This document shows positions 19,006 to 28,499 of a stretch of 64,000 bases of DNA, one piece after another. Each line of letters opens with the position of its first letter. The first letter of the stretch is position 1. A model generated the notes under the pieces. It was not told the origin of the DNA, searched no databases, and saw only the letters and a program-made list of their open reading frames with translations. Position numbers and translations under genes: made by a program. Location of the stretch: NCBI GenBank assembly GCA_002503985.1, contig DASW01000006.1, forward strand, positions 30,080 through 94,079. The letters are read 5' to 3'. The DNA comes from Thermoplasmata archaeon UBA61 (GTDB lineage Archaea; Thermoplasmatota; Thermoplasmata; Lutacidiplasmatales; UBA184).

Positions 19006-19078
19006 AGCCAAGGGAGGGAATCGAACCCCCAGGAAACGGATCTGCAGTCCGTCGCATTAACCATTCTGCCACCTTGGC
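19006..19078 (-). tRNA. tRNA-Cys (GCA)
   Basis: GCCAAGG acceptor, anticodon arm ACGGA-CTGCAGA-TCCGT, GGTTCGATTCC T-arm, discriminator U, no encoded CCA. Confidence 0.95.
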
Positions 19079-19136
19079 GCGATAGAGGGGAGGGGGACCC
19101 TTCCTTAAAACCGACGAGGGGGGAAGCGGGCCGAGC

Positions 19137-19814
19137 TCAGATAGGTCGGAACCCCCGGCGCATCCGGAGGACGGTCGTTCGCCACTCGTAGCGAACGCGC
19201 TCCGGGAACGAGAGCGACCGGCCCCCCGCGGTTTGGGTACCGGCGTGCAGGGAGCGAAGGACCGCCTCGACACGGTTCGTCCCTTCCGGAAACTCTGTGT
19301 AGGCGCGGCCCAGGTCGTAGAGCGCGTGCACGTCGCTCCCCCCGGTGGCTCCGAGCCCTCGACGCTTCGCCTCGGCCGCGGCCTTCCGGTTCGCCCCGGG
19401 GGAGTTGTGGCCGTTCACGGTCTCGAGCGCGTTCACGCGGGCGCTCTCCGCGACCGCGTGTCCGACCCCATGCGCGCGCCGGAACGGATGGGAGAGCACG
19501 GACACGCCGCCGTGATCCCGCACCCACTCGACCGCCTCGGCCACCGACCGTTGGGAAGGCGGGGCCTGGGAGACGCCGTAGGCGAGGAGATGGCCCTCGA
19601 CCGTGGAGACCTCGACCCCCGGCAGGAGGATGAGCTCGGGAAACTTCGCTTGCACGGCCGCGAGCTCTCCGTGACCGGCCACCGTGTTGTGGTCCGTGAG
19701 GGCGAAACCGTTCAACCCGACCGCCGCGAGCCCCGAGACGATTGCCTCGACCGAGAGCTCGGAGTCGGGGGAGTGTCGGGAGTGGACGTGCAGGTCGAGG
19801 CGAACGCGGCCCAT
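19137..19814 (-). CDS. PHP domain phosphoesterase
   Basis: DLHVHS, TDHN, GVEVST...GHLL, HPFR, GGSDVH. Confidence 0.9.
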   Translation of the reverse strand: MGRVRLDLHVHSRHSPDSELSVEAIVSGLAAVGLNGFALTDHNTVAGHGELAAVQAKFPELILLPGVEVSTVEGHLLAYGVSQAPPSQRSVAEAVEWVRDHGGVSVLSHPFRRAHGVGHAVAESARVNALETVNGHNSPGANRKAAAEAKRRGLGATGGSDVHALYDLGRAYTEFPEGTNRVEAVLRSLHAGTQTAGGRSLSFPERVRYEWRTTVLRMRRGFRPI

Positions 19815-22084
19815 CAGCGAACCTTGGCTCCCACGGCCACGGGTTCGGAGGGTTGGGGGCCGCTCCCGGGTCCGAAGGCGAGGGTCTCCGCTCGGCCGCC
19901 TTCTCCCGGCGCTCGCCGTACGACGACCCATGCGCCGGTGGGCCAAGCCCCCGGAACTTCGACCTCGGTCCCGCCGACGTCGACCCGTACGCGTCCATCG
20001 GTCGAAGGGCCGGTCACCCGCCCGACCGTGAGCGAGGTGGCGGAGAACTCCTCGTAGGAGATGGTTCGGTCGGAGGAGCCTCGGTCCTCGAGGAACGTCC
20101 CTGGGGGAACCCCTTCGGGGGGCGCGAGGAGGACCGCGCGTTCCCCGGCTTCGGCGGCGAGCACCATTCCCTGCGACGTCATGCGGCGGATCGTTCGCGG
20201 GGCGAGGTTGGTGAGCAGGACGACCGGGCGGTCCTTCAGCGCCACGGTCGTGTAGGACGAGCGTAACCCGGCGACTAGCGTCCGGGGAACGCTCGCGCCC
20301 ACGTCCACCTCGAGCACGTAGAGCTTGTCGGCGGACGGATGCACCACGGCGCTGCGAATGACCCCTGCGCAGACCGCGAGCGGTGGCCACTCCCCTTCGG
20401 CGGTCGCTGACCCCACCGGGGTCGCCGCGGGAGCGGGCGCGGGCTCGGGTTCCGGACGCGGGAACAGCGGGCGGACCTCCCCCAGGGTCTGGCCGGGCGG
20501 CACCGGGACGAGCGCCACGTCCCATTCCCCCGGTCCGGGGGGACCGGCGAACCCGAGCATCCGGAAGACCTCGGTGCTGGAGAACGGCAGCACGGGGGAG
20601 AGCCAGGTCGCGATGGCCTTCAAGCGCCAGAGCGTTTCGTAGAGGGTGCGGCTTCGCTCCGCCTCGGAGGCCTGCCAGGGACGGGCTTCGTGGAACCGTC
20701 GGTTCGCCTCACGAACCTCTTCGAGCGCGAGGTCGAGGGCTTCCTTGAGGTGGACCCTCTCGTACTCCTCGGTGATCTTCGCGTGGGCGCTCTTCAGGCG
20801 CTCCCCGATCCCGGCGGTGGCGGTCCCGGAGTTCCAGCCGTCCGGCGGCGTGGGGACCTTGCCAGCGTAGCGGTCCCGGGTGAGGACGAGCGTCCGTTGG
20901 ACGAGGTTCCCGTACTGGTTCGCGAGGACCTCCTCGCGGAGCTGCCGGAACTCGTCCCAGTCGAGCTCGGTATCGTGGTTCTGGGGAGCGAGAAGGGCCG
21001 CGTAGAACCGGATGACATCCGGAGGGTAGTTCGCGAGGAGCGAGGGAATGAACGCGTCGGCCTCCGCGGTCCGCGTCTTCGAGACCTTCCGGCCTTCGAC
21101 CAGCAGCCACTCGTTCGCGGGCACGTCGTATGGGAGCTGAAGACCGCCGGCCCCGAGGAGGATGCCGGGCCAGATGATCGTGTGGTGAAACTTGTTGTCC
21201 TTGCCGACGAAGTAGTACTGACGGACCGGCTCGCGGGCGTCCCAGTAGGCCTGCCAGGCGTCCGGGCGTCCGATCCGGATCGCCCACTCCTTCGAGGCAG
21301 AGAGGTATCCCGTCACCGCGTCAAACCAGACATAGAACCGTTTCGAGTCGTACCCGTCGAGCGGGATCGGGACCCCCCAATCGAGGTCGCGGGTAATCGG
21401 CGTCGGGTGGAGACCCTCCTTGAGGAAGTTCTCCGCGACGCGCAGGGTGCCCGGGCGCCAGTGCCTCTGACGGCCGAGGTACTCGGTGAGCTTCCCCTGA
21501 AGTTTGTCGAGCTCGAGGTAGAAGTGCTCGGAGGGTCGGAACTCGGCGGTCGTTCCGCAGAGCGTGCATTTCGGGCTTCCGAGCTGACCCGGCTCGAGGG
21601 GGCGGCCGCAGCTGTCGCACTCGTCGCCGCGGGCGCTCTCGAAGCCGCAGTTCGGGCAGGTCCCGACGAGGTACCGGTCCGGCAGGAAGCGGCGGTGCTG
21701 CGGGCAGTAGGCCCCCTCGGCCGTCCGCCGGGCAATGAACCCCGCCTCGAGGAGGTCGAGGAACAGCTCCTGGACGGTCCTCTCGTGGACGAGGGTGTGC
21801 GTGCTCGTGAACAGGTCGAACGAGAACCCGAGCCGCTCGAACGCCTCCTTGTTGACGGCATGGTAGCGCTCGGCGAGGGCCGCTGTCGGGATCCCCTCCT
21901 TCTCGGCTCGGACGAGCGTCGGCGTGCCATGCATGTCAGAGCCCGAGACCATCAGGACCTCGTCCCCTCGCAGCCGATGGAACCGGGCGAAGATGTCGCC
22001 GGGAAGGTAGGCGCCCGCGAGGTGGCCCAGGTGGAACGGGCCGTTGGCGTACGGCCACGCGATGCCGATGAAGATCCGTGCCAC
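19814..22084 (-). CDS. metG: methionine--tRNA ligase with C-terminal tRNA-binding domain
   Basis: WPYANGPFHLGH, SGSDMHG, Zn knuckles, YVWFDA, KVSKT, HPSADKLY; GTG start 22084. Confidence 0.95.
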   Translation of the reverse strand: MARIFIGIAWPYANGPFHLGHLAGAYLPGDIFARFHRLRGDEVLMVSGSDMHGTPTLVRAEKEGIPTAALAERYHAVNKEAFERLGFSFDLFTSTHTLVHERTVQELFLDLLEAGFIARRTAEGAYCPQHRRFLPDRYLVGTCPNCGFESARGDECDSCGRPLEPGQLGSPKCTLCGTTAEFRPSEHFYLELDKLQGKLTEYLGRQRHWRPGTLRVAENFLKEGLHPTPITRDLDWGVPIPLDGYDSKRFYVWFDAVTGYLSASKEWAIRIGRPDAWQAYWDAREPVRQYYFVGKDNKFHHTIIWPGILLGAGGLQLPYDVPANEWLLVEGRKVSKTRTAEADAFIPSLLANYPPDVIRFYAALLAPQNHDTELDWDEFRQLREEVLANQYGNLVQRTLVLTRDRYAGKVPTPPDGWNSGTATAGIGERLKSAHAKITEEYERVHLKEALDLALEEVREANRRFHEARPWQASEAERSRTLYETLWRLKAIATWLSPVLPFSSTEVFRMLGFAGPPGPGEWDVALVPVPPGQTLGEVRPLFPRPEPEPAPAPAATPVGSATAEGEWPPLAVCAGVIRSAVVHPSADKLYVLEVDVGASVPRTLVAGLRSSYTTVALKDRPVVLLTNLAPRTIRRMTSQGMVLAAEAGERAVLLAPPEGVPPGTFLEDRGSSDRTISYEEFSATSLTVGRVTGPSTDGRVRVDVGGTEVEVPGAWPTGAWVVVRRAPGEGGRAETLAFGPGSGPQPSEPVAVGAKVR

Positions 22085-22213
22085 GTCCGGCCTCCGAGGG
22101 TTACCCCGAGTCGGCCTGCGACCTAAGCGTTTCGCGAGAGGCCGCACGCGCAGCCCCCGCGGTGCGAGCGGGCCCGTGCATCGGCTTTATTCTCCCAGGC
22201 CCTCCCGGGCGAC

Positions 22214-23119
22214 GTGACCGAAGAGCCGCCGATGGTGCGCCCCGTCGTCCCCGAGGCGGAGCGGGAGATCGGGGTGAAGCACCCGGTCCTCACCCACGGC
22301 TACGTCGTCCTCGTGGACTACATGGGGAACGATGCGGCGATCGTCCAGGCGGCGCGCGTCTCCTACGGGAAGGGGACGAAGGCGGTCCAAGACGACCGAG
22401 GCCTCATTCGGTACCTGATGCGACACCGCCACACGACGCCGTTCGAGATGGTCGAGTTCAAGTTTCTCGTCCGGCTCCCCATCTTCGTCGCCCGTCAGTG
22501 GATCCGCCACCGGATGGCCTCCGTGAACGAGTACAGCGCGAGGTACTCGATCGTCCCCGACGAGTTCGAGATTCCCCCGGTGGAGGAAGTACGGCACCAG
22601 TCGACCCGAAACCGGCAGGGACGCGGTGAGGCGCTCCCCACCGAGGTGGTCGAGCGGTTCCGGACGGACCTCGACCGGATCTCGAAGGACGCGTACAGCG
22701 CCTACACCCGTTCGCTTGAGGCCGGCGTCGCTCGGGAGACCGCCCGGCTCCTCCTGCCCGTCGCCTACTACACGCAATGGTACTGGAAGACCGACCTCTG
22801 GAACCTCTTCCACTTCCTGTCGCTGCGCCTCGACCTCCACGCCCAGGAGGAGATCCGGCTCTACGCGGCCGAGATGGCGAGGATCACCCGCCTGGTCGCT
22901 CCGGTCGCGTACGAGGCCTTCGAGGACTTCACGCTCTCGGGATTCTCGCTGAGCCGTCGCGAGCGCGTCGCGGTACGGTCGCTCTTGGAGGGGAAGACCC
23001 CGGAGGCGGCGTGTGCCGAAGCCGGCCTTCCGCTCACGCGCGAGGACGGGAAACCGATGACGAGCGGCGAGGGTGTCGAGTTCCTCGAGAAGCTCGCTCG
23101 GATCCGCTCCCCCGATTGA
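22214..23119 (+). CDS. thyX: FAD-dependent thymidylate synthase
   Basis: AARVSY, HTTPFE, RHRMASVNEYSARY, HAQEEIR. Confidence 0.95.
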   Translation: MTEEPPMVRPVVPEAEREIGVKHPVLTHGYVVLVDYMGNDAAIVQAARVSYGKGTKAVQDDRGLIRYLMRHRHTTPFEMVEFKFLVRLPIFVARQWIRHRMASVNEYSARYSIVPDEFEIPPVEEVRHQSTRNRQGRGEALPTEVVERFRTDLDRISKDAYSAYTRSLEAGVARETARLLLPVAYYTQWYWKTDLWNLFHFLSLRLDLHAQEEIRLYAAEMARITRLVAPVAYEAFEDFTLSGFSLSRRERVAVRSLLEGKTPEAACAEAGLPLTREDGKPMTSGEGVEFLEKLARIRSPD

Positions 23120-24428
23120 CCCCGGGTCCGACCAGGCCCAAGTGGATGTCCATCACGTTCGTTCCCGTCGGCCCGGTCCTGAGGAGCGAGCCGAGGCGTT
23201 CGAGCGCGTCGTAGGCGGCGTGCCGGGCGAGCGCGCGGGAAATGTCGACCCCGACGCTCCGGGCCCGGTTCGCGGTCGTGCCATCGACCCAGCCTCCGGC
23301 CGCGTCCGTAGGCCCGTCGACCCCGTCCGTGCCCGCCGATAGGACCAGCGCGTTCCGACCGGCCAGGGTGCAGGCGCAGCCGAGCGCGAACTCTTGGTTT
23401 CGTCCCCCGCGCCCCGGATGGGGCCCGAGGATGACGGTCGTCTCCCCCCCGGCGATCAACGCCCGAGGTCGGTCCGACCGGTCGGAGAGAAGTCGCCGGG
23501 CGAACCGGGTCGCAGCGGTTCCGGTATCTCCGACGATAGGGCGTTCTAGGACCTCGGTCCGGTACCCGATGGCCCGCGCCCTGCGAGCCGCGGCCCGGAT
23601 CGCGGGAAGGTTCGAGCCGATGAGGACGAACGGAGCGGCGCGGAACCGAGGGTCCCCGGCCTTGGGCGTCTCGGCAAGCCGTCCCCGAGCCCCCTCGGCA
23701 AGGTGATGGATCACTCGACGAGGCAGCCGAGGTCCCAGGTGGTACCTCCGGACGACCGTGAGGGCGTCGTGGAAGGTGGACGGGTCCGGGACGGCCGGAC
23801 CTGAGCCGATGTCCTCCGGAAAGTCTCCGACCACGTCGGAGAGCGCGAGCGTCGCGAACTGGACCGCTCGGTCCGCCGCGGCGGCGAGCTGTCCTCCCTT
23901 GACCTGCGAGAGATGACGGCGGACGGTGTTCATTTCGCCGATCGACGCGCCCGAAGCGAGGAGGAGCTCCGTCGTTCGGGAGAGGTCCGCGGGTGTGAGC
24001 GCCCCGGTCGGTACCTCCGCGACCGTCGAACCGCCTCCCGAGACCAGGAACAGAAGAAGGTCGTTCGGGCCCGCGGCCTTTACGAACCGCAGGAGGGCTC
24101 GACCCGCGCGGAAGCTGCCCGCTCCCGGCACCGGGTGCTCTCCCCGGAGGAGCGAAAGTCCCGAGCCGGAGCCCGGATACCCCCGAGGTACGACCGCGAG
24201 GGCCTCGCTCGACCGCCCGACCGCCCGCGCGGCGGCGCCCACCATCGTCCCGGCCGCCTTTCCGATCGCGACCAGGCGAACGGTCCCGTCGGGGCCCAAT
24301 CGAAAGGAGTGCCGACCTACGTAGACGGTCGCGCCTCGGCGACGGAGGTTCGTGCGGACCGCCCGGGCGGGGTCGACCGCAGAGACCCCGGCCCGGAAGA
24401 TCCGCTCGGCGTCAGAAGCGAGGGTCAT
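23034..24428 (-). CDS. glycerate 2-kinase (MOFRL family)
   Basis: GKAA, HPVP, SGGGS, KGGQLA, GGETTV, GGRNQE, TDGVDG, TGTNVMD. Confidence 0.9.
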   Translation of the reverse strand: MTLASDAERIFRAGVSAVDPARAVRTNLRRRGATVYVGRHSFRLGPDGTVRLVAIGKAAGTMVGAAARAVGRSSEALAVVPRGYPGSGSGLSLLRGEHPVPGAGSFRAGRALLRFVKAAGPNDLLLFLVSGGGSTVAEVPTGALTPADLSRTTELLLASGASIGEMNTVRRHLSQVKGGQLAAAADRAVQFATLALSDVVGDFPEDIGSGPAVPDPSTFHDALTVVRRYHLGPRLPRRVIHHLAEGARGRLAETPKAGDPRFRAAPFVLIGSNLPAIRAAARRARAIGYRTEVLERPIVGDTGTAATRFARRLLSDRSDRPRALIAGGETTVILGPHPGRGGRNQEFALGCACTLAGRNALVLSAGTDGVDGPTDAAGGWVDGTTANRARSVGVDISRALARHAAYDALERLGSLLRTGPTGTNVMDIHLGLVGPGVNRGSGSERASRGTRHPRRSSSVSRPRA

Positions 24429-25611
24429 CCCCGCCCTCGAGCGTGAATCCCGGTTTGATCGGGAACGCCGCGAAGGGACCGGTGAACCGCCCGGGCAGGA
24501 CCGTCCGGATCTTCTCGAGTTCGCGCTCGGAGCCGTCCCCGACGGCGAGGACCGCGGCGAGACGAGCCGCCGCGCCTCCGGCGCGCATCACGCCGAAGCC
24601 GTTGAACCCGGTGATCGTGTAAAGGCCGCTCGCGCCGGGCACCGGCCCGATCAGGGGGCGACGGTCGGGGGTCGCGACGCACACTCCCGCCCACGCCCGG
24701 ACGAGCTCGGCGTCCGCCCACCCGGGGAACCGGCTCCCGAAGCTCTCCGCGAGATGGGTCACGAACTGCTCGTCGCCCCCGGTGGAGAAGCGGTCGGGGT
24801 CGGCTTCGACACGTTCGGTGCCGTCACCGGCGAGGATCCGGCCGTTCTCCTCGGGCCGGACGTAGACGTCCAGGTCGATGTCATGGACCGACGGGAACAT
24901 TCGGGTATCGAGAGTGGAGGGACGCAGGACCGCCGCTTGCGTTCGGTAGGGAGCGAGCGGGAGGGGATGCCCCACGGAGGCGAGAAGGCGCTTGGACCAG
25001 GCGCCGGCGGCGACGACGGCCCGGCGGGAGAGGGTCGTCTGTCCCGCCACCGTGAGCTCCCAACGGTCCCCTTCGCGGGCAAACCGGCTGGCGGGAGTGC
25101 CGAGCACAAAATCGACCCCCAGCTCGCGGGCCCTCTCGGCGTAGAGGTCGCCCATGGTGCTGGCCGTGACGACCGCGTCGTCCGGGCTCCAGATCGCGCC
25201 CAGAACGTCGTCGAACCGTCCCCACGGTACCTTCTCCGCGAGGGTGGGGGGGTCCAGGACGGAGACCGGGACCGACCAGCTCCGCAGCCGCTCGACGGCC
25301 GCCTCGAGGACCGGGACCGCCTCCCGGGCCTTGGTCCACCGGGCGAACCCGTTGACCGCGAACGCGGACCGGTCGTACCGGTCGGCGAGATGGGCGTACT
25401 CCTCCTTCGATTCCCGGGCGACCGCGACGTCCCAGGGGTCCCACAGCTGCTCGGTGACGATCCCGGCGGCACGCCCGGTCGCTCCGGCGGCGGGGGTCTG
25501 CGGGTCGTAGACGACCACGGGATCGACCCCGCGCCGGGCGAGATGGAAGGCGAGCGCGCATCCCGAGATGCCCGCCCCGAGGACGAGGACCTCCGCCCGA
25601 TCGTCGGCCAC
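24412..25611 (-). CDS. FAD-dependent oxidoreductase (DadA/sarcosine oxidase-like)
   Basis: GAGISG, AAGAWS, TPDRRPLIG, GFNGFG. Confidence 0.88.
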   Translation of the reverse strand: MADDRAEVLVLGAGISGCALAFHLARRGVDPVVVYDPQTPAAGATGRAAGIVTEQLWDPWDVAVARESKEEYAHLADRYDRSAFAVNGFARWTKAREAVPVLEAAVERLRSWSVPVSVLDPPTLAEKVPWGRFDDVLGAIWSPDDAVVTASTMGDLYAERARELGVDFVLGTPASRFAREGDRWELTVAGQTTLSRRAVVAAGAWSKRLLASVGHPLPLAPYRTQAAVLRPSTLDTRMFPSVHDIDLDVYVRPEENGRILAGDGTERVEADPDRFSTGGDEQFVTHLAESFGSRFPGWADAELVRAWAGVCVATPDRRPLIGPVPGASGLYTITGFNGFGVMRAGGAAARLAAVLAVGDGSERELEKIRTVLPGRFTGPFAAFPIKPGFTLEGGDDPRF

Positions 25612-25634
25612 GACCGCCCGAGCCTCCCGGATGG

Positions 25635-26546
25635 TTAATACTGCGGCTTCGCGCGTTGGTAGGCGGTCTGGAGCGCCTGGGTGTCGACGTGGGTGTAGAT
25701 CTGGGTCGTCGCGACCGAGGCGTGGCCGAGCAGCTTCTGGATGTACCGGATATCGCAGCCGCGGGAGAGGAGCGCGGTCGCGAGGGTGTGCCGGAGCATG
25801 TGGGGAGTGACCCGACGAGGGATCCCCGCGGTCTGGGCCGCCCTACGAACGATCCGCTCGACCGTCACCGGTCCGACCGGGAAGAGGCGAGGGGTGGATT
25901 CTCCGGCGAGCGTCCGTTCCGTAAGGTAGCGGTCGATCGCGGCACGCGTGCGGTCCTCGAGGACGACCTCCCGGTCCTTGTCCCCCTTCCCGGAGCGCAC
26001 GTGCAGCACGTTCCGCGAGAACTCTAGGTCCTCGACCAGGAGGTGGCTGAGCTCGCTCACCCTTAGGCCGCAGAAGGCGAGGACGTGGACCATCGCATTG
26101 TCGCGCGGGGAGCCCTTCACGCTCTCGAGGAGGCGATGCATCTCCTCCTCGGTGAGATACCGGGGCAGCCGTTCGGGTCGTCGGGGCGCCTCGAGCTGGT
26201 CCGCGATGGCGAACCCGTAGCTCCGGAAGAGGCACGTCAGCCCGCGGACGGTGGTGTAGATGGAGTTCTTGGAGTAATGTCGCTGGAGCACGAGGTGCTC
26301 CCGGAACGCCTCGAGGTCCCGTAGCGTGACCTCATCTAGGGGCTTCTGGGCGAAGCTGAGGAACATTCGAGCGATGTGCCCGTACTGTTTCACCGTGCAC
26401 GGGCTTCGCTCCTGAGCCTGGAGCATCCGCTGGAACCGGCCGACGAGCTCGAGAACATTGAACTCCCCCGGCGCTGAGGCTCGAGAGGAGGAGGGCCCGC
26501 GTCGGGGCGCCGGAGCCGAACGCGGGATCGACGCGGAGGATGCCAT
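25635..26546 (-). CDS. xerA: tyrosine recombinase XerA
   Basis: LPRYL, GLRVSE, GKGDKDR, HMLRH, LLGH, TTQIY; housekeeping context. Confidence 0.88.
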   Translation of the reverse strand: MASSASIPRSAPAPRRGPSSSRASAPGEFNVLELVGRFQRMLQAQERSPCTVKQYGHIARMFLSFAQKPLDEVTLRDLEAFREHLVLQRHYSKNSIYTTVRGLTCLFRSYGFAIADQLEAPRRPERLPRYLTEEEMHRLLESVKGSPRDNAMVHVLAFCGLRVSELSHLLVEDLEFSRNVLHVRSGKGDKDREVVLEDRTRAAIDRYLTERTLAGESTPRLFPVGPVTVERIVRRAAQTAGIPRRVTPHMLRHTLATALLSRGCDIRYIQKLLGHASVATTQIYTHVDTQALQTAYQRAKPQY

Positions 26547-26563
26547 CGCGCGTGGTTGGCCGG

Positions 26564-26590
26564 ATTTCGCCTAATAATCGTATGCGCGGA
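26564..26590. promoter_or_regulatory. imperfect dif-like site overlapping the xerA promoter
   Basis: Minus strand TCCGCGCATAC-GATTA-TTAGGCGAAAT resembles dif GGTGCGCATAA-N6-TTATGTTAAAT but is one nt short. Confidence 0.35.
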
Positions 26591-26646
26591 GTGGAAGGCA
26601 ACTGGCCGCTCGTCGCTCAAATAGCTCCGGACCGTGGCGCTCTATC

Positions 26647-27585
26647 GTGCGGTGCTCCACCTGCGATGCCCCGGCGGTCATCGACCAGCCGTACCGGGGC
26701 GCCCATCTGTGCGCGTCGCACTTTCGGGAGTCCGTCGAGGAGCGAGTTCGGCGCGAGATGCATCGCCAGCTCCCTCGGTTCGGCCACGGCACGGTCGCGG
26801 TGGCGCTGTCGGGTGGCAAGGACAGCGGCGTCGCGCTCACGCTGGCCCACCGCTACTTCCGGCGACGGCCGACCGTCCGCATGGTTGCGCTGAGCGTGGA
26901 CGAGGGGATCGACGGGTACCGGGCCGGGACTCTGAAGGCCGCCCGGGCGCTCACCGACTCCCTGGGGGTGGAGCATCGGGTCGTGTCGGCCGAGGAGGCG
27001 ATCGGCACCACGATCGACCGGACCGCCTCCAACCTTCCGGGGACCGTTCCCTGTTCCTTCTGCGGCGTCTGGCGGCGTCAGCTCCTGAACCGCGCGGCCC
27101 GGGACGTTGGGGCCGACGCGCTCGTGCTCGGCTTCAACCTGGACGACCTCGCCCAGACGGTCCTCATGAACCTCGTTCGCGGGGACTTGGACCGTCTCGT
27201 GCGGATGGCCCCGCACCGGGTCCGACAGCCCGGGCTCGTCCCGCGGGTCGCCCCTCTCGCCCTCATCCCGGAGCGGGAAGTGTTCCTCTACGCCCAGCTG
27301 AAGCGGATCCCGCTCGACCACGGGGAGTGCCCCTACGCAGGCCGGGCCGCTCGAAACCTCTTCCGGGAGGTCGTCTGGCAGCTCGAGGAGGCCCAGCCGG
27401 GGACCCGCCAGTCGCTCCTGAAGACCCACGAGCGCCTCGTGACGCGGTTCCTCGCGCAGGAGGCCTCCTTGGCCGCTCCGGAACGCTGCCGGGCGTGCGG
27501 TGAGCCGGCCGCGACCGAGCTTTGCCGTGCCTGCGAGTACCTTGAGATTGCCCGGACCCTCCCCTCCATCCCGGAGACCTCATGA
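26647..27585 (+). CDS. ncsA: tRNA 2-thiolation protein (NcsA/TtuA, TIGR00269)
   Basis: N- and C-terminal Zn fingers, SGGKDS PP-loop, CSFCGVWRR, ECPY. Confidence 0.9.
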   Translation: MRCSTCDAPAVIDQPYRGAHLCASHFRESVEERVRREMHRQLPRFGHGTVAVALSGGKDSGVALTLAHRYFRRRPTVRMVALSVDEGIDGYRAGTLKAARALTDSLGVEHRVVSAEEAIGTTIDRTASNLPGTVPCSFCGVWRRQLLNRAARDVGADALVLGFNLDDLAQTVLMNLVRGDLDRLVRMAPHRVRQPGLVPRVAPLALIPEREVFLYAQLKRIPLDHGECPYAGRAARNLFREVVWQLEEAQPGTRQSLLKTHERLVTRFLAQEASLAAPERCRACGEPAATELCRACEYLEIARTLPSIPETS

Positions 27586-28499
27586 CCGACATCGAACCCG
27601 TCCTCTCGGAGAGCGACCCTCGCGCATCGATCGCCCAACGGGTCTTCGTCGTAGGCGCGGGGATCATGGGCAGCGGCATCGCCGCCCAGTGCGCGCTCGC
27701 CGGCTACCCGGTGACGCTCGAGGACGTGAACGAGGAGCTCTCCCGGCGGGGGATCGCGAACGCGACGCGGGCGCTCGACCACGCCGTCCAGCGCGGCAAG
27801 GTCGCTGCGAGCGACCGCGATGCCGCGCTCGCTCGGATCGACTTCGCGATCGGGCTTCGGAGGGCCGATTCGGCCCAGATCGTCATCGAGGCGGCGCCCG
27901 AGGACCTCGCGCTCAAGCGGCGGATCTTCGCCGAGCTCGAGCCGGCAACCCACCCGACCGCGCTCCTCGCGACGAACACCTCCTCGCTCCCCATCACCGC
28001 GATCGGCCAGGACCTGAAGGACCCCGGGCGCCTGGTCGGGGTCCATTTCTTCAACCCGGTCCTCCAGATGCCGCTGGTCGAGCTGATCCCGGGCCACACC
28101 ACGCGCCCCGAGTACCTCGAGCGGGCGCGCTCTTTCGCCGTGAACCTGGGAAAGACGGTCGTCACCTCGCGCGACACTCCCGGGTTCGTCACGACCCGCG
28201 CCCTCGCCGTCCTCGTCAACGAGGCCGCGTGGATGCTCTACGAGGGCGTGGCGACCAAGGAGGACATCGACACCTCCTACAAGCTCGGCTTCCACCACCC
28301 GATGGGACCGTTCGAGCTGGTCGACCTCGTCGGGATCGACACCACGGTCTCCATCCTGGACGTCCTCTGGGACGGGTTCCGAGATAGCCGCTACCGTGCC
28401 TGCCCGCTCCTGCGCACCCTCGTCGCGGCCAAGAAGCTGGGCCGGAAGACCGGAGAAGGGTTCTACGTGTACCCTACCGGCAAGACGGGCGGACCGTGA
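27582..28499 (+). CDS. 3-hydroxyacyl/3-hydroxybutyryl-CoA dehydrogenase
   Basis: GAGIMGSGIA, TNTSS, HFFNP, HPMGPF, LGRKTGEGFY. Confidence 0.93.
   Translation: MTDIEPVLSESDPRASIAQRVFVVGAGIMGSGIAAQCALAGYPVTLEDVNEELSRRGIANATRALDHAVQRGKVAASDRDAALARIDFAIGLRRADSAQIVIEAAPEDLALKRRIFAELEPATHPTALLATNTSSLPITAIGQDLKDPGRLVGVHFFNPVLQMPLVELIPGHTTRPEYLERARSFAVNLGKTVVTSRDTPGFVTTRALAVLVNEAAWMLYEGVATKEDIDTSYKLGFHHPMGPFELVDLVGIDTTVSILDVLWDGFRDSRYRACPLLRTLVAAKKLGRKTGEGFYVYPTGKTGGP

Noticed and set aside
25635..26546. Integrase of a mobile element
   Set aside because: XerA-type size and motifs, flanked by housekeeping genes, with no att repeats or cargo.
27125..27150. NcsA inactivation (GFNLDD instead of GHNLDD)
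   Set aside because: The PP-loop, the three cluster cysteines and both Zn fingers are intact; a single substitution is insufficient evidence.
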